A stretch of DNA of 64,000 nt, taken from the NCBI GenBank assembly GCA_965208125.1, contig OZ242320.1, positions 3,840,001-3,904,000 of the forward strand, read 5' to 3'. Below, piece by piece: positions 10,235 to 20,275 of the stretch; the first letter of the stretch is position 1; every line of letters starts with the position of its first letter. Origin of the DNA: Candidatus Latescibacterota bacterium. Its GTDB lineage: Bacteria; Latescibacterota; UBA2968. The notes under the pieces are model-generated. The model saw only the letters and a program-made list of their open reading frames with translations, made no database searches and had not been told where the DNA came from. The translations under genes and the position numbers were made by a program.

Positions 10235-11038
10235 TTAATTCGCCTGTAATGGCGACCGCTCTCGGCGCACCATAATAAAAATAAATGCTATGATACAAAT
10301 TACAGTAATCACTCCGGCAACGCGAACCAACCGATAAATTGCCAGCGTATATTTGCCAGTCAACGGATTGTATTGAAAACAATATAGCAAAATCGCATCA
10401 ATCGGAGAACTGATCTGATCTTGTGCGGCTTCCAAAAGCCCCAGTTGCAAATCCCGCGGCGCAAATTCGACCCCAAATAGATACCGGGCGATCTTCCCAT
10501 TGGGTGTCAAAATTGCAATCCCGCTGGCGTGAACGTATTCGTCTGTTTCGGGGTCGTATATGTAGCGATATCCAATGGCCCTGGTCAATGCGTCTATTGA
10601 TGCCCTGTCTCCAGTGAGAAAATGCCATCCATTTTCTCCGCCTTCTCGACCATATCCATCGACGTAATTCACCTTTTTTGCCGCTGCTAATTCTGGATAT
10701 TCGTCGGGATCAATGCTAAATGTCACCACCACAAAATCTCGTCCGGCATTGAGAGAAACGGGCCGCAATCCCGACAACAAACCATTCAAAATTTGTGTAC
10801 ACAACATGGGGCATTCATAATATGCGGGCACTAAAATAATGGGGTGATCATCTAAATACTGCGCCAGCATAACATCTGTACCTGATTCATTGCGGAACTT
10901 CAAATTCACCGGCACAGAAGCGCCCAATTTCTGGTCAATCCCAACAGAATCCAGCACTGTGGGATTCGGCGTGAGGTCTTGTGACCACGCGACGCTGGTG
11001 AAGCACATCAGCGTGATACAAGCGAATAAGACGCGCAT
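10235..11038 (-). CDS. SCO1/SenC family copper chaperone
   Basis: CPMLC motif and conserved His (YVHAS); located between act and cox genes. Confidence 0.88.
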   Translation of the reverse strand: MRVLFACITLMCFTSVAWSQDLTPNPTVLDSVGIDQKLGASVPVNLKFRNESGTDVMLAQYLDDHPIILVPAYYECPMLCTQILNGLLSGLRPVSLNAGRDFVVVTFSIDPDEYPELAAAKKVNYVDGYGREGGENGWHFLTGDRASIDALTRAIGYRYIYDPETDEYVHASGIAILTPNGKIARYLFGVEFAPRDLQLGLLEAAQDQISSPIDAILLYCFQYNPLTGKYTLAIYRLVRVAGVITVICIIAFIFIMVRRERSPLQAN

Positions 11039-11041
11039 GTT

Positions 11042-11419
11042 TTACTCTCGCACCGGGAACCCGCGTTCGAGAACCAGGTCTATTGCTCGCTCAATTGGAA
11101 GATGCACAACCCCGGCATCCCTATCTATCCAACCGTATTCGGTAAGCGTGCGATTGGTTTCGGCACGCACTTGCGTCAGTTCAGCAGAAGGTACGGTCTG
11201 GATCAGCGGTCCTTGATGGGGCTTTTGATGTGCAGCCATGGGCGGCGGATCATCTGTCATATAAATCACGGCTTGTTCCAGACCGAGAAACATGGCCCAC
11301 ATAGCGATAAAAGACAGAATGGCTACGGCTATGATTCCCGCAGTGGCAGCGATAACTGGGCCAATGTTGAGATGATAGTCTTCGTAGCCCTTTTCGCGGG
11401 CATTGTGTTTTTCTGCCAT
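11042..11419 (-). CDS. actG: Alternative complex III ActG-like small membrane protein
   Basis: One TM helix and YGWIDRDAGVVHLPIERAIDL tail; follows actF; ATG at 11419. Confidence 0.65.
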   Translation of the reverse strand: MAEKHNAREKGYEDYHLNIGPVIAATAGIIAVAILSFIAMWAMFLGLEQAVIYMTDDPPPMAAHQKPHQGPLIQTVPSAELTQVRAETNRTLTEYGWIDRDAGVVHLPIERAIDLVLERGFPVRE

Positions 11420-11420
11420 A

Positions 11421-12614
11421 TCAGTGACTTTCTCCAGCAAAGGTTTCCGGCATGCGCGGATCGTGCAATGGGATAAGCGGCACACCTTTTAGCTGCATCG
11501 CAAAAAATCCCAACCACAAGCCGCCAATACTGACGAGGACCAGCGCATCCAGCAGAAAACCATACCATATACCATCAGAACCACCGTGTCCAAAAGCCGG
11601 TGTAATAAAATAATAAAGATCGACATAGCGCATAATCAACATAAAAATTGCGATAACCGTCATCAGTGCGGCGCGGCGTTTGATCGCCCGCTGCAATAGC
11701 AAAAAGAATGGCACGAAAAAGTGAAAAATAATCAGCGCAGTTCCCACATATTGCCAACCGCCATGCGATCGGCGGATGTACCAGGGGGCTTCTTCGGCCA
11801 GGTTACCAGACCACGTAATCAAAAACTGGGAAAAACTCACATAAGCCCATAGACATGTAAATGCAAACATCAGAGTGCCCAGGTCGCTCAAATATTTGAA
11901 TGCATCAACTTCTCGATAGACCTCGACATCCTTTAATTTGATCACCCACAAGATGCACAGTGCCATGGCGCCCAGTGCACCCCCCACCACAAAAATTAAG
12001 CCGTAGATCGTTGAAAACCAGTGCGGTTCTAAAGACATGACCCAATCGGTTGCCGCAAAGGTAACGGTCAAGATAAACATAGGAATCCCGGGACCACTCA
12101 GGTTAATCATCCGGCTTTTCAGACCCGGTTCGCCAGTTTCATCTTGCTCGCGCGACCATTTTGTCAGCAAAAACATCCAGAGCAACCACAGGGCAAAATA
12201 AACGACCGCGCGAATATAAAATCCGGTCTCATTCAGATACGGTTTTTTAAAGGTCAAAATTGGATCTTTGGCCACGACATCTGCATGCGTCCATTCGTAT
12301 AAATGGTACATACCCAGAAGCGCAATGGGAATAAAAAGGACAGCCATAAGCCACAGCGTGCGCGCGCCCGATTCCAATAACCGCCGAATGACAAATCCCC
12401 AACGTCCGCTGACCAGATGGTGCAACATCAACAACCCCAGACAGCCCAGAGAAATGACCAACCAGTAGATATAGCCAACGAGATACGATTGGAAAAATTG
12501 CTGAGAATCGGCAAAGGCACCAATAAATAAAAGCACTATACCACAGGCACCTGCCAGAAGGCCTCGTTGCTGTACTTTATCTACAAATGGATGGTCAAAG
12601 GATTTAGTAGCCAT
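11421..12614 (-). CDS. actF: Alternative complex III subunit ActF
   Basis: About 10 TM helices, DWVMSLEPHWFST and YVSFSQFLITWSGN motifs. Confidence 0.9.
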   Translation of the reverse strand: MATKSFDHPFVDKVQQRGLLAGACGIVLLFIGAFADSQQFFQSYLVGYIYWLVISLGCLGLLMLHHLVSGRWGFVIRRLLESGARTLWLMAVLFIPIALLGMYHLYEWTHADVVAKDPILTFKKPYLNETGFYIRAVVYFALWLLWMFLLTKWSREQDETGEPGLKSRMINLSGPGIPMFILTVTFAATDWVMSLEPHWFSTIYGLIFVVGGALGAMALCILWVIKLKDVEVYREVDAFKYLSDLGTLMFAFTCLWAYVSFSQFLITWSGNLAEEAPWYIRRSHGGWQYVGTALIIFHFFVPFFLLLQRAIKRRAALMTVIAIFMLIMRYVDLYYFITPAFGHGGSDGIWYGFLLDALVLVSIGGLWLGFFAMQLKGVPLIPLHDPRMPETFAGESH

Positions 12615-12620
12615 AATATC

Positions 12621-13247
12621 CTACTCATTTTCAAGCCGCTGACGCACATCGGCAGGGACATCGTCCAGTGTGGCGTTTTGGCTCAGTTGCAACGCCTGAA
12701 TATAGGCTATAATAGCCCATCGATCTCGCGGTTTGATACGCGATGCATAGCTATACATCGCGCCAAAACCATTGGTCATTACATCAAAAAAGTAACCTGG
12801 TGTCTCATTTTGTAGCCGTTCAATATGGTATGATGGGGGTTGCTTCATGCCGCGGCGTACCACCATGCCACGTCCATCACCTTCATAGCCATGGCAGGGG
12901 GAACAATAGATATTGTAGCGCTCTCTGCCGCGGAGAATCATATCGCGCGTAATGGGGAAAGGAAAAGTTTCCGCTGGTTGACCATCTACCATCCCGGTAT
13001 ATAAATGCGCGTCTATACGCAAATGCCCGCGTGCAACTGTGCCTTTTATCCATGGTCGAGAGGATCGATTATCCGCGAAAAAGGTATTTTTTTCCAGCGG
13101 TTCAAATCTCGACTGGTTATACATTTCTTGCCGCAAACGCTCGATATCTGTCGTGCCCTCACACCCTATTATCATAAAGAGAGCGAGCACCAGTCTCAGG
13201 GGATGGGCAATTTTTACCCAATTAGCTAATTTACGGTTCGACATCAT
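12621..13247 (-). CDS. actE: Alternative complex III subunit ActE (monoheme cytochrome c lipoprotein)
   Basis: Lipobox-like IIGC, CSPCH heme motif, DRWAIIAYI. Confidence 0.9.
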   Translation of the reverse strand: MMSNRKLANWVKIAHPLRLVLALFMIIGCEGTTDIERLRQEMYNQSRFEPLEKNTFFADNRSSRPWIKGTVARGHLRIDAHLYTGMVDGQPAETFPFPITRDMILRGRERYNIYCSPCHGYEGDGRGMVVRRGMKQPPSYHIERLQNETPGYFFDVMTNGFGAMYSYASRIKPRDRWAIIAYIQALQLSQNATLDDVPADVRQRLENE

Positions 13248-13764
13248 CTACCTTTTTTGCTTTCAGGCTCTCGAGAAATGCACGGGTTTCGGAAATATCA
13301 AATTTGGGGTCTTCGGCTTCGATACACAAAAAGAACCCATCACCAGAAGCGCGTTCAAAATTGGGCACATTAAAAACCGGGTGATAGGGACGCGGCAAAC
13401 CATTGAGGATAAGCATGCCAATCAATGCACCGAAAGCGGAAAATAGTACGCCGAGTTCAAATGTCACGGGAATAAAAGAGGGCCAGCTCAAAAGGGGCCG
13501 ACCACCCACATTGAGCGGATAGTCGATTACAGATACCCAGTACTGAAGCCCAAAGCCAGAACAGGCACCGAGAAGCGCACATATCAACACAATGATGGGC
13601 ACGCGGTGCTTGTCATAACCCATTGATTCCGACAAATCGTGTATCGGCATTGGAGAATAAGCGTCCATCTTGCGATACCCTTCTGCATATGAATCTTTCG
13701 CAGCTTTGAGCAATTCGTCGGGACCGTCAAATTCGGCCAAAAGACCGTATAAATTTTCAGCCAT
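13231..13764 (-). CDS. actD: Alternative complex III subunit ActD (DUF3341)
   Basis: DAYSPMP, YPLNVGGRP and FIPVTFELGVL motifs. Confidence 0.9.
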   Translation of the reverse strand: MAENLYGLLAEFDGPDELLKAAKDSYAEGYRKMDAYSPMPIHDLSESMGYDKHRVPIIVLICALLGACSGFGLQYWVSVIDYPLNVGGRPLLSWPSFIPVTFELGVLFSAFGALIGMLILNGLPRPYHPVFNVPNFERASGDGFFLCIEAEDPKFDISETRAFLESLKAKKVDDVEP

Positions 13765-13776
13765 AATCACACCCGT

Positions 13777-15177
13777 TTAATCATCGGCAGAAGCCGTTTC
13801 CGCATGTTCTCCGTGGTTTTTATTTGCCACCAACTGGCGGATTTCAAAAATGTTGATGACGGGCATCACCCGAATAAACAGGATCATCATAAAGAGGAAA
13901 AATCCAATTGTGCCTGCGTACAATCCCCAGTCCCACGGCGTCGAGTGATACATGTCCCAGGAAGAAGGCATAAAGTCGCGGTGGAGACTTGTCACCACAA
14001 TGATAAATCGCTCGAGCCACATTCCCACATTGATGAACATCGAAATAATGAACAGTCCCAATGGACTCAAACGCACCTTCTTAATCCACAATAATTGGGG
14101 AATAGCGACATTGCACAAGATCAATGACCAGTAAGTACCGGAATAAGGGCCAAATGTGCGATTTTGCATCATATAGCCTTCATAGGGGCTGGCACTATAC
14201 CAGGCAAAAAATTGCTCCATCGCATAGCCATAAGCCACAATGAGTCCGGTGGCGAGCATCACCTTGCCCATATTGTTCAAGTGGCGGTCAGTGATGTAGT
14301 CGTGCAATCCGTAAAAGTAGCGAATGGGCAGCCCCAGCGTCAACACCATTGCAAAACCGGCATATACGGCACCCGCCACAAAATAAGGTGGAAAGATGGT
14401 TGCATGCCAGCCGGGAATCAGGCCTACGGAAAAGTCCAAACTCACGATGGAGTGTACGGATAGCACCAGCGGCGTCGATACACCCGCTAAGAGAAGCGCG
14501 GCCATTTCATAGTTAAACCAGTGCTTGGCGGATCCGCGCCATCCCATTGACAACACGCCGTAGATGAGCTGTGAAATTTTGTGTTTGGCCTTGTCGCGCA
14601 GGGTGGCAAAATCGGGAATCAGACCCAGATACCAGAAGATCAGAGATACCGTAAAGTAGGTGCCAACGGCAAATACGTCCCATATCAACGGACTGCGGAA
14701 CTGCGGCCACACAGACATTGTATTGGGATAGGGCAACAGCCAGTAAGCCGCTACCCAGGGACGTCCCGTGTGCAACAGTGGAAACATACCTGCACACATG
14801 ACGGCAAAAATGGTCATGGCTTCGGCAAACCGGTTGATCGAATTGCGCCATTGCTGACGCATGAGCAACAAAATAGCGGAAATCAGTGTGCCCGCGTGCC
14901 CAATACCGATCCACCAGACAAAGTTGATAATTGCCCAGCCCCAACCAACGGGAATATTTAAGCCCCAGATGCCAGTCCCTTTGATTAGCAGCCAGGTCGC
15001 AGACAACATCAACAACTGCAGAATACCACCTGCAATCAGCATTGCTGCGATCCACCCCAAAGGCGTGCGATTGGTGATGAGCGCACTGAGTCTTTGCGTC
15101 ACCGTCGTATAGGTCTGCCCCGGACCGAGCACCGGCGCTGGCATCGTCGGATCGTTTATAGGTGCAGGACTACCCAT
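13777..15177 (-). CDS. actC: Alternative complex III subunit ActC (NrfD/PsrC family)
   Basis: NFVWWIGIGHAGTLISA, FRSPLIWDVFAV and GMWLERF motifs. Confidence 0.95.
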   Translation of the reverse strand: MGSPAPINDPTMPAPVLGPGQTYTTVTQRLSALITNRTPLGWIAAMLIAGGILQLLMLSATWLLIKGTGIWGLNIPVGWGWAIINFVWWIGIGHAGTLISAILLLMRQQWRNSINRFAEAMTIFAVMCAGMFPLLHTGRPWVAAYWLLPYPNTMSVWPQFRSPLIWDVFAVGTYFTVSLIFWYLGLIPDFATLRDKAKHKISQLIYGVLSMGWRGSAKHWFNYEMAALLLAGVSTPLVLSVHSIVSLDFSVGLIPGWHATIFPPYFVAGAVYAGFAMVLTLGLPIRYFYGLHDYITDRHLNNMGKVMLATGLIVAYGYAMEQFFAWYSASPYEGYMMQNRTFGPYSGTYWSLILCNVAIPQLLWIKKVRLSPLGLFIISMFINVGMWLERFIIVVTSLHRDFMPSSWDMYHSTPWDWGLYAGTIGFFLFMMILFIRVMPVINIFEIRQLVANKNHGEHAETASADD

Positions 15178-18166
15178 GCTGTGAAATCTCCGGATTGGGA
15201 TTGGTCAACCGCGCGAGATACGTGGTGCGCGGTTTGGTATTTAACTCTGTCAAAATGCCGTAATTTCTCTGTTGGGCTTTGAGCCTGGCCACGCGGCTAT
15301 TGGGGTCTTTAATATCGCCAAATACAATGGCATCTGCAGGACATGCCCCCTGACAGGCGGTTGTAATATCGCCATCTTTCAATTCGCGATCCTCGACCCT
15401 GGCTTCAATTCGCGCAGCACTAATGCGCTGCACGCAATAGGTACATTTTTCCATTACGCCGCGACCGCGCACTGTCACATTGGGATTGCGCTGCAACTTG
15501 AAACTCGGTGTTTCTTCATCGGCATAGTGAAGGAAGTTGAAGCGTCTCACCTTATAGGGACAGTTATTTGAACAATACCTTGTACCCACGCAGCGATTAT
15601 AGGCCATATCATTCAATCCCTCGGCACTGTGTACGGTCGCGCCAACGGGACAGACCAGTTCACAGGGCGCATTTTCGCACTGCATACAGGGTACGGGCTG
15701 GTTATAAAGTTCGGGGTTGTCCAGATCGCCTTTGTAGTAGCGATCGATGCGAATCCAGTGCATCTCGCGCCCGTTGAGCACCTCATCTTTGCCCACTACC
15801 GGGATATTATTTTCCGACTGACAGGCGACTGTGCAGGCATTGCAACCATTGCACGAATTCAGGTCAATTGCCATGCCCCAAGCTATGCCGTCGTTGTCGT
15901 GAATCCCATCAAAAAAGTTTGCGTCGGGACCGGGATCGTGTCCCATTTCGTGTACAAAATGCGGGTGTTTTTCGTATTCCTCGACTGTGCCAGATCGCAC
16001 CAGCGCGCGGCCTTCCATGCTGTGGTGATCCTGCGTGCAGGCCAGGGGATACGTCTGTCCCGTCTTTGTCATTGACGCATTCGATGCAACCCAGGGAGAA
16101 TCAGATGTCTGAAGAGCATAAGCGTTAAAGCCAACGCCATTACCCACGCGCCCGGCAGCCGTGCGTCCAAAGCCGAGATGTACGGTAACGGCATTTGCGG
16201 GATGTCCAGGTGCGATCCAAACAGGTGCTTCCACCGAGCGATCATTCGCACTCAACAAGACCACATCGCCATTTTGAAGCCCCATTACCTCGGCAGTTGC
16301 CGGCGCGATCAAAGCCGCATTGTCCCAGGTGAGGCGCGTATGGGGTTTGGGCAATTCTTGCAACCAGCCATTGTTGGCATATCGCCCATCGCCAATTGTG
16401 GGATCCAGGCGGAAGTTCACTTCGAGCCCCTCATTCGCCTGCGATGGCGTGCCGTAATTTTCGGTCAAGCTAACAGACCGCTCGGGCAAAGCTGTATCGG
16501 GTACCAACCCGTCGTGCAAATAAGTTTGCCAGGTTGTTTCAAAATCGCTGTCTTTGTATTGCTCTTGCCAATATTCTTTGACCCGATCATAATCCGTGCG
16601 TCCATCCCCCAGCATCATCGCCACCAGTTCTGCAGCGGACTTGCCACCGTAGAGTGGCTCAATCAACGGCTGGACAATAGAAACAGTGCCATCAAAAGCG
16701 CGTGTATCACCCCAGGCTTCTAATGCGTGTGCTTCGGGTAAATGCCAGTGAGACAATCGCGCGGTTTCATTTTGGGACTGGCCCAGATGGATGCGCGTTG
16801 TCACTTTCTGGTAAGCGGCGGCAAAATTGAGATCTGCCGGGGCATTATAGATGGGATTGCCACTCAGAACTACCAGCAGGGAAACTTTGCCCTCTGACAT
16901 ATCAACGGTTAAATCTTTGAGAGAAGCGTATTGATTGGTCGGCTCGGCTTCTACTGGATCTGTGTACGTCACGGTATTACCCACATTGCCCAACGCATCG
17001 TTGATGGCGTGTGCAAGTGCGTGAACAGCAGGCGGCTGATGATCGCCAGCAATCACCAGCGATGCGCCGCGATGCGCCGTTAAATCTTTGACCAATGCAT
17101 TGAGCCAGGCATCATGCCCAGTACTATCGCCACCTGTTGTGTTTATCCCCAATGCAGCAGCCACTGCCCGCGCAAATCCCTCGATCTGACTGGCTTTTAA
17201 TGGCAGGCGATGATCGGCAAAAGACCCCGTATTGGAGGGGGTGGATTCAACGACATAGATCCGATTCATATCGGCCTTTTGACCGTCGATGACCTGGCGA
17301 CCAAGGGCAACGTGACGAGCGTATCGAACACTTGCCGCACCACTATCCATGAAATCGGCGTCTAAAGACAAGATGCGTTTGGCTTTTTCGAAATGATACT
17401 GCGTTTCGACCACCTCGCCAAAAGCCATTCTGGCACCTTCGCGCATGTTGTCGCGTGTACCAGGCTCAAATTGATGCCACCTTGCATTGGGATATTTTTC
17501 CAATAGCGCGCGGATTTGGCTGACCAAAATCGGGGAGGTCACCGTTTCTGTCAGCAGACGCAATCCTTCTCCTTGATCCAAATCGAGTTTTGCCACTTCG
17601 GTCGCAAGGGTAGCGGAAAATCTCGTCCATGTACTCGCCCGCCCATTTGACACGGGTACCTGCGTGCGGTCAGGATCGTAGAGGTCGAGTATTTGAGCTT
17701 GTGTAATTGCATCTGTGGGCCCAAAAGTCGCATTGCCCGATCGAGGCGTTGCAGGATGTGCGGGATTGCCTTCTATTTTGGTCGGACGTCCCGCATGGCT
17801 TTCGACCAGTACACCCCGGGCGAATCCGCCTTGAGAGAGCGCCGAAGCAAAGAACAGAGGTTTACCGGGTATGATCTGCTCGGGCGCACGGATATAGGGG
17901 ACGATTTTTTCCGGCGGCTGGCGCGTACACGATGTCAAACCGGCAAATGCCAGAGACGCACCCATCACCTGTAGAAATTTCCGGCGGCCGACTTTGTCGC
18001 TCCATTCGGAAGCCCCTTCGGGAAATTCGCGGTGCAAATAGTCGCGAAATTCTTCCGTATCGGCCAATTCATTCAGGCTGCGCCAATAATCCTGCCCCTC
18101 GCGCGTAGATAGGCGTTCGCGAATCGCAGAGAGGTCCAAACCGTCTTTATGTGCTGTGCGTGTCAT
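15170..18166 (-). CDS. actB: Alternative complex III subunit ActB (molybdopterin-oxidoreductase-like plus Fe-S domain)
   Basis: YWRSLNEL...RRKFL Tat-variant N-terminus; CNGCNAC, CMQCENAPC, CVGTRYCSNNCPY and EKCTYC Fe-S motifs; ATG 18166 overlaps the actA stop (ATGA). Confidence 0.95.
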   Translation of the reverse strand: MTRTAHKDGLDLSAIRERLSTREGQDYWRSLNELADTEEFRDYLHREFPEGASEWSDKVGRRKFLQVMGASLAFAGLTSCTRQPPEKIVPYIRAPEQIIPGKPLFFASALSQGGFARGVLVESHAGRPTKIEGNPAHPATPRSGNATFGPTDAITQAQILDLYDPDRTQVPVSNGRASTWTRFSATLATEVAKLDLDQGEGLRLLTETVTSPILVSQIRALLEKYPNARWHQFEPGTRDNMREGARMAFGEVVETQYHFEKAKRILSLDADFMDSGAASVRYARHVALGRQVIDGQKADMNRIYVVESTPSNTGSFADHRLPLKASQIEGFARAVAAALGINTTGGDSTGHDAWLNALVKDLTAHRGASLVIAGDHQPPAVHALAHAINDALGNVGNTVTYTDPVEAEPTNQYASLKDLTVDMSEGKVSLLVVLSGNPIYNAPADLNFAAAYQKVTTRIHLGQSQNETARLSHWHLPEAHALEAWGDTRAFDGTVSIVQPLIEPLYGGKSAAELVAMMLGDGRTDYDRVKEYWQEQYKDSDFETTWQTYLHDGLVPDTALPERSVSLTENYGTPSQANEGLEVNFRLDPTIGDGRYANNGWLQELPKPHTRLTWDNAALIAPATAEVMGLQNGDVVLLSANDRSVEAPVWIAPGHPANAVTVHLGFGRTAAGRVGNGVGFNAYALQTSDSPWVASNASMTKTGQTYPLACTQDHHSMEGRALVRSGTVEEYEKHPHFVHEMGHDPGPDANFFDGIHDNDGIAWGMAIDLNSCNGCNACTVACQSENNIPVVGKDEVLNGREMHWIRIDRYYKGDLDNPELYNQPVPCMQCENAPCELVCPVGATVHSAEGLNDMAYNRCVGTRYCSNNCPYKVRRFNFLHYADEETPSFKLQRNPNVTVRGRGVMEKCTYCVQRISAARIEARVEDRELKDGDITTACQGACPADAIVFGDIKDPNSRVARLKAQQRNYGILTELNTKPRTTYLARLTNPNPEISQHG

Positions 18167-18831
18167 CGATGACATGTCGAGCAATCCGTGGAAGGGTTAA
18201 TATCGTAGTCTTGAACCAGTTGTGCGCCCAGCAGGGCTTGAGAGACCACATGTCCGCGTTCATCCATTGGTTTCCAGGTCATATTGAAAACTTCTTCGCG
18301 GGGACGCACATATTTCTCGGGTGCCCGGTGACATTCCAGGCACCATTCCATATTGAGGGTGTTCACTTTCCACATCAGCGGCATTTGATCGACCTGCCCG
18401 TGACAGGTTTGACATCCGATGCCTTTGTGGACGTGAATGCTGTGATTGAAATAGACAAAATCGGGGAGATCGTGCACGCGAACCCACTCTATGGGATTAC
18501 CCGTGCGATAACTTTCGCGGATGGGTTCGAGAAGGGGGCTTTCCGTCCATACTTGAGAATGGCAGGTCATGCAGGTTTCAACAGGTGGGATATTGGCAAA
18601 TGAAGATTCTTCTACAGAGGTGTGACAATAGCGACAATCAATGCCCACGCCGGTCACATGGTGTTTGTGACTGAAGGGTACGGGCTGTTTTTTTGCGACC
18701 AGGACATCGGATGTGTAGTGCAATCGGTTGGTGTTGAGCAGAATGGTGAGGCCCGTTCCAACAACAACCAGAACCACGACAATACTGATTCTGGCAAACG
18801 CGTTACTGCCACGCGGAAAAAGCTGCGCCAT
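18163..18831 (-). CDS. actA: Alternative complex III subunit ActA (pentaheme cytochrome c)
   Basis: N-terminal TM helix and five CxxCH motifs (CRYCH, CMTCH, CQTCH, CLECH, CSTCH). Confidence 0.95.
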   Translation of the reverse strand: MAQLFPRGSNAFARISIVVVLVVVGTGLTILLNTNRLHYTSDVLVAKKQPVPFSHKHHVTGVGIDCRYCHTSVEESSFANIPPVETCMTCHSQVWTESPLLEPIRESYRTGNPIEWVRVHDLPDFVYFNHSIHVHKGIGCQTCHGQVDQMPLMWKVNTLNMEWCLECHRAPEKYVRPREEVFNMTWKPMDERGHVVSQALLGAQLVQDYDINPSTDCSTCHR

Positions 18832-18892
18832 TTATGAATCCTGTGAAGTGAGATGAGACAAAATGAGATCAGGTCGAGCCTACGAAGGGCTT

Positions 18893-18920
18893 AATATACA
18901 CGAATCCACATGCGAGTCAA
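18893..18920 (-). promoter_or_regulatory. Candidate sigma70-type promoter of the act-cox operon
   Basis: Minus strand TTGACT-16 nt-TATATT, about 60 nt upstream of actA. Confidence 0.55.
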
Positions 18921-18994
18921 GTAATAAGTTTCGCTCATATAAACTGTACATTATTATCTACTTTGTTTGGTATATAATACACGACTTTTTAATT

Positions 18995-20116
18995 TTAAGT
19001 GTCCGCTGTATGTTGTTCTATATTGCGCCGATTGTCGCCTGTGGGCAGTTCGGCAATGTACTGGTAATTGGGGTCACGCGCCTGTCTGTCCAGGATCTCG
19101 GCAATTTGTTTCCACGTTTCGCGCAAGCCCCGGGTGCAGTAGGGCATTTCGTGTTTGATCAGCCTGTGTAGCCGACCGAGTTTGTAGCACGGAACCGCAG
19201 CGTACATGTGGTGTTCGGTATGGTAGTTCATATGCCAGTAGAGAAATTGGAGCAGGGGATTGAGGTAGATCGTGCGGCAGCAGAGGCGAAAATCCGGTAC
19301 TTTGTCTTGCAGACCAACATGCTGTGCGGAGTTGCAGAGGGATTGCAACCACGATCCGAACATTTTCGGAAATGTGATGACCAGCGGGACAATCCAGTAC
19401 CCATATGCCAGAGATATACCCGCGATCGAGAGGTGGCCGATGAGCAAGGTGCGCTCCCATCTGGTGTAGGCGCGACACCGCTCTGGATCGCTTTCGGGAA
19501 AGAGCATTCCAATCCAGGAATTTTCCCTGTTGATATGGCCGGTAAAATTTCGAAACCTCTCTTTGAGCAGTGTGTAGGGGTACTTGTGGTTTACAATGGC
19601 TCGTTTCCACAGACCTTTGAGATCGATTTTTTGAGGGAGTACGACTTCCTGGTCATCGGGCGCGTGCAAGGTGTATTTGTGGTGCTCGGTATGGCTGGCC
19701 CAGAATAGATGATGGTTGTGCCAGCCGAGGAAGGATAAAATGCGGAGAAAGAAGCGATTGAGCCATCGGGTCTTGAAGACCGAATCGTGTACCATTTCGT
19801 GAAAGCCGTTGACCAGAAAATGCCAGAAATGCCCGTTGATGAAGACCAGTAGCGCAGTGATATACCAGGGCCAGTGGCGCGATGAGTAAATGGCCGCTCC
19901 CGCAGCAACAGTTAACACGCCCAGGAAACCGAGTGTCTGAGCAAAGCCGAGGAAATCACTTCGCTTATTGAGTTCGCGCAATGTCTCGCGGGGGACGCGA
20001 CAGCGGTACCATTTGATGCGCGTCTTTCTGGGCGGTTTATTGTATTTTGGACCTTCTGTGAACACGTCTCGATCCGAGAGCGCGTTTTGGTCGGTATTTT
20101 TAGTTTGTGTGTTCAA
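18995..20116 (-). CDS. Membrane di-iron fatty-acid-desaturase-superfamily protein
   Basis: Three His boxes HEMVH, HTEHH and YHTEHH with TM segments; TTG start. Confidence 0.8.
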   Translation of the reverse strand: MNTQTKNTDQNALSDRDVFTEGPKYNKPPRKTRIKWYRCRVPRETLRELNKRSDFLGFAQTLGFLGVLTVAAGAAIYSSRHWPWYITALLVFINGHFWHFLVNGFHEMVHDSVFKTRWLNRFFLRILSFLGWHNHHLFWASHTEHHKYTLHAPDDQEVVLPQKIDLKGLWKRAIVNHKYPYTLLKERFRNFTGHINRENSWIGMLFPESDPERCRAYTRWERTLLIGHLSIAGISLAYGYWIVPLVITFPKMFGSWLQSLCNSAQHVGLQDKVPDFRLCCRTIYLNPLLQFLYWHMNYHTEHHMYAAVPCYKLGRLHRLIKHEMPYCTRGLRETWKQIAEILDRQARDPNYQYIAELPTGDNRRNIEQHTADT

Positions 20117-20156
20117 AGTCTATGATCCACTTGTTGGAAATTTAAAATCAGCGATC

Positions 20157-20184
20157 AAGATACGCGAATCTACTGGCGCGTCAA
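20157..20184 (-). promoter_or_regulatory. Candidate sigma70-type promoter of the desaturase-like gene
   Basis: Minus strand TTGACG-16 nt-TATCTT; 22/28 identical to the element upstream of actA. Confidence 0.5.
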
Positions 20185-20215
20185 GCGCGTTTTGTGAGCC
20201 ATTGGCTGAGAAGCC

Positions 20216-20248
20216 AAAAGAAAGCCCCGGCATCAAAAATGCCAGGGC
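20216..20248 (-). terminator. Intrinsic terminator after the repeat-protein gene
   Basis: GCCCCGGCAT / ATGCCAGGGC stem followed on the minus strand by TTTCTTTT. Confidence 0.6.
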
Positions 20249-20275
20249 GTACATGTTAATGTGTACCTGATTTAC

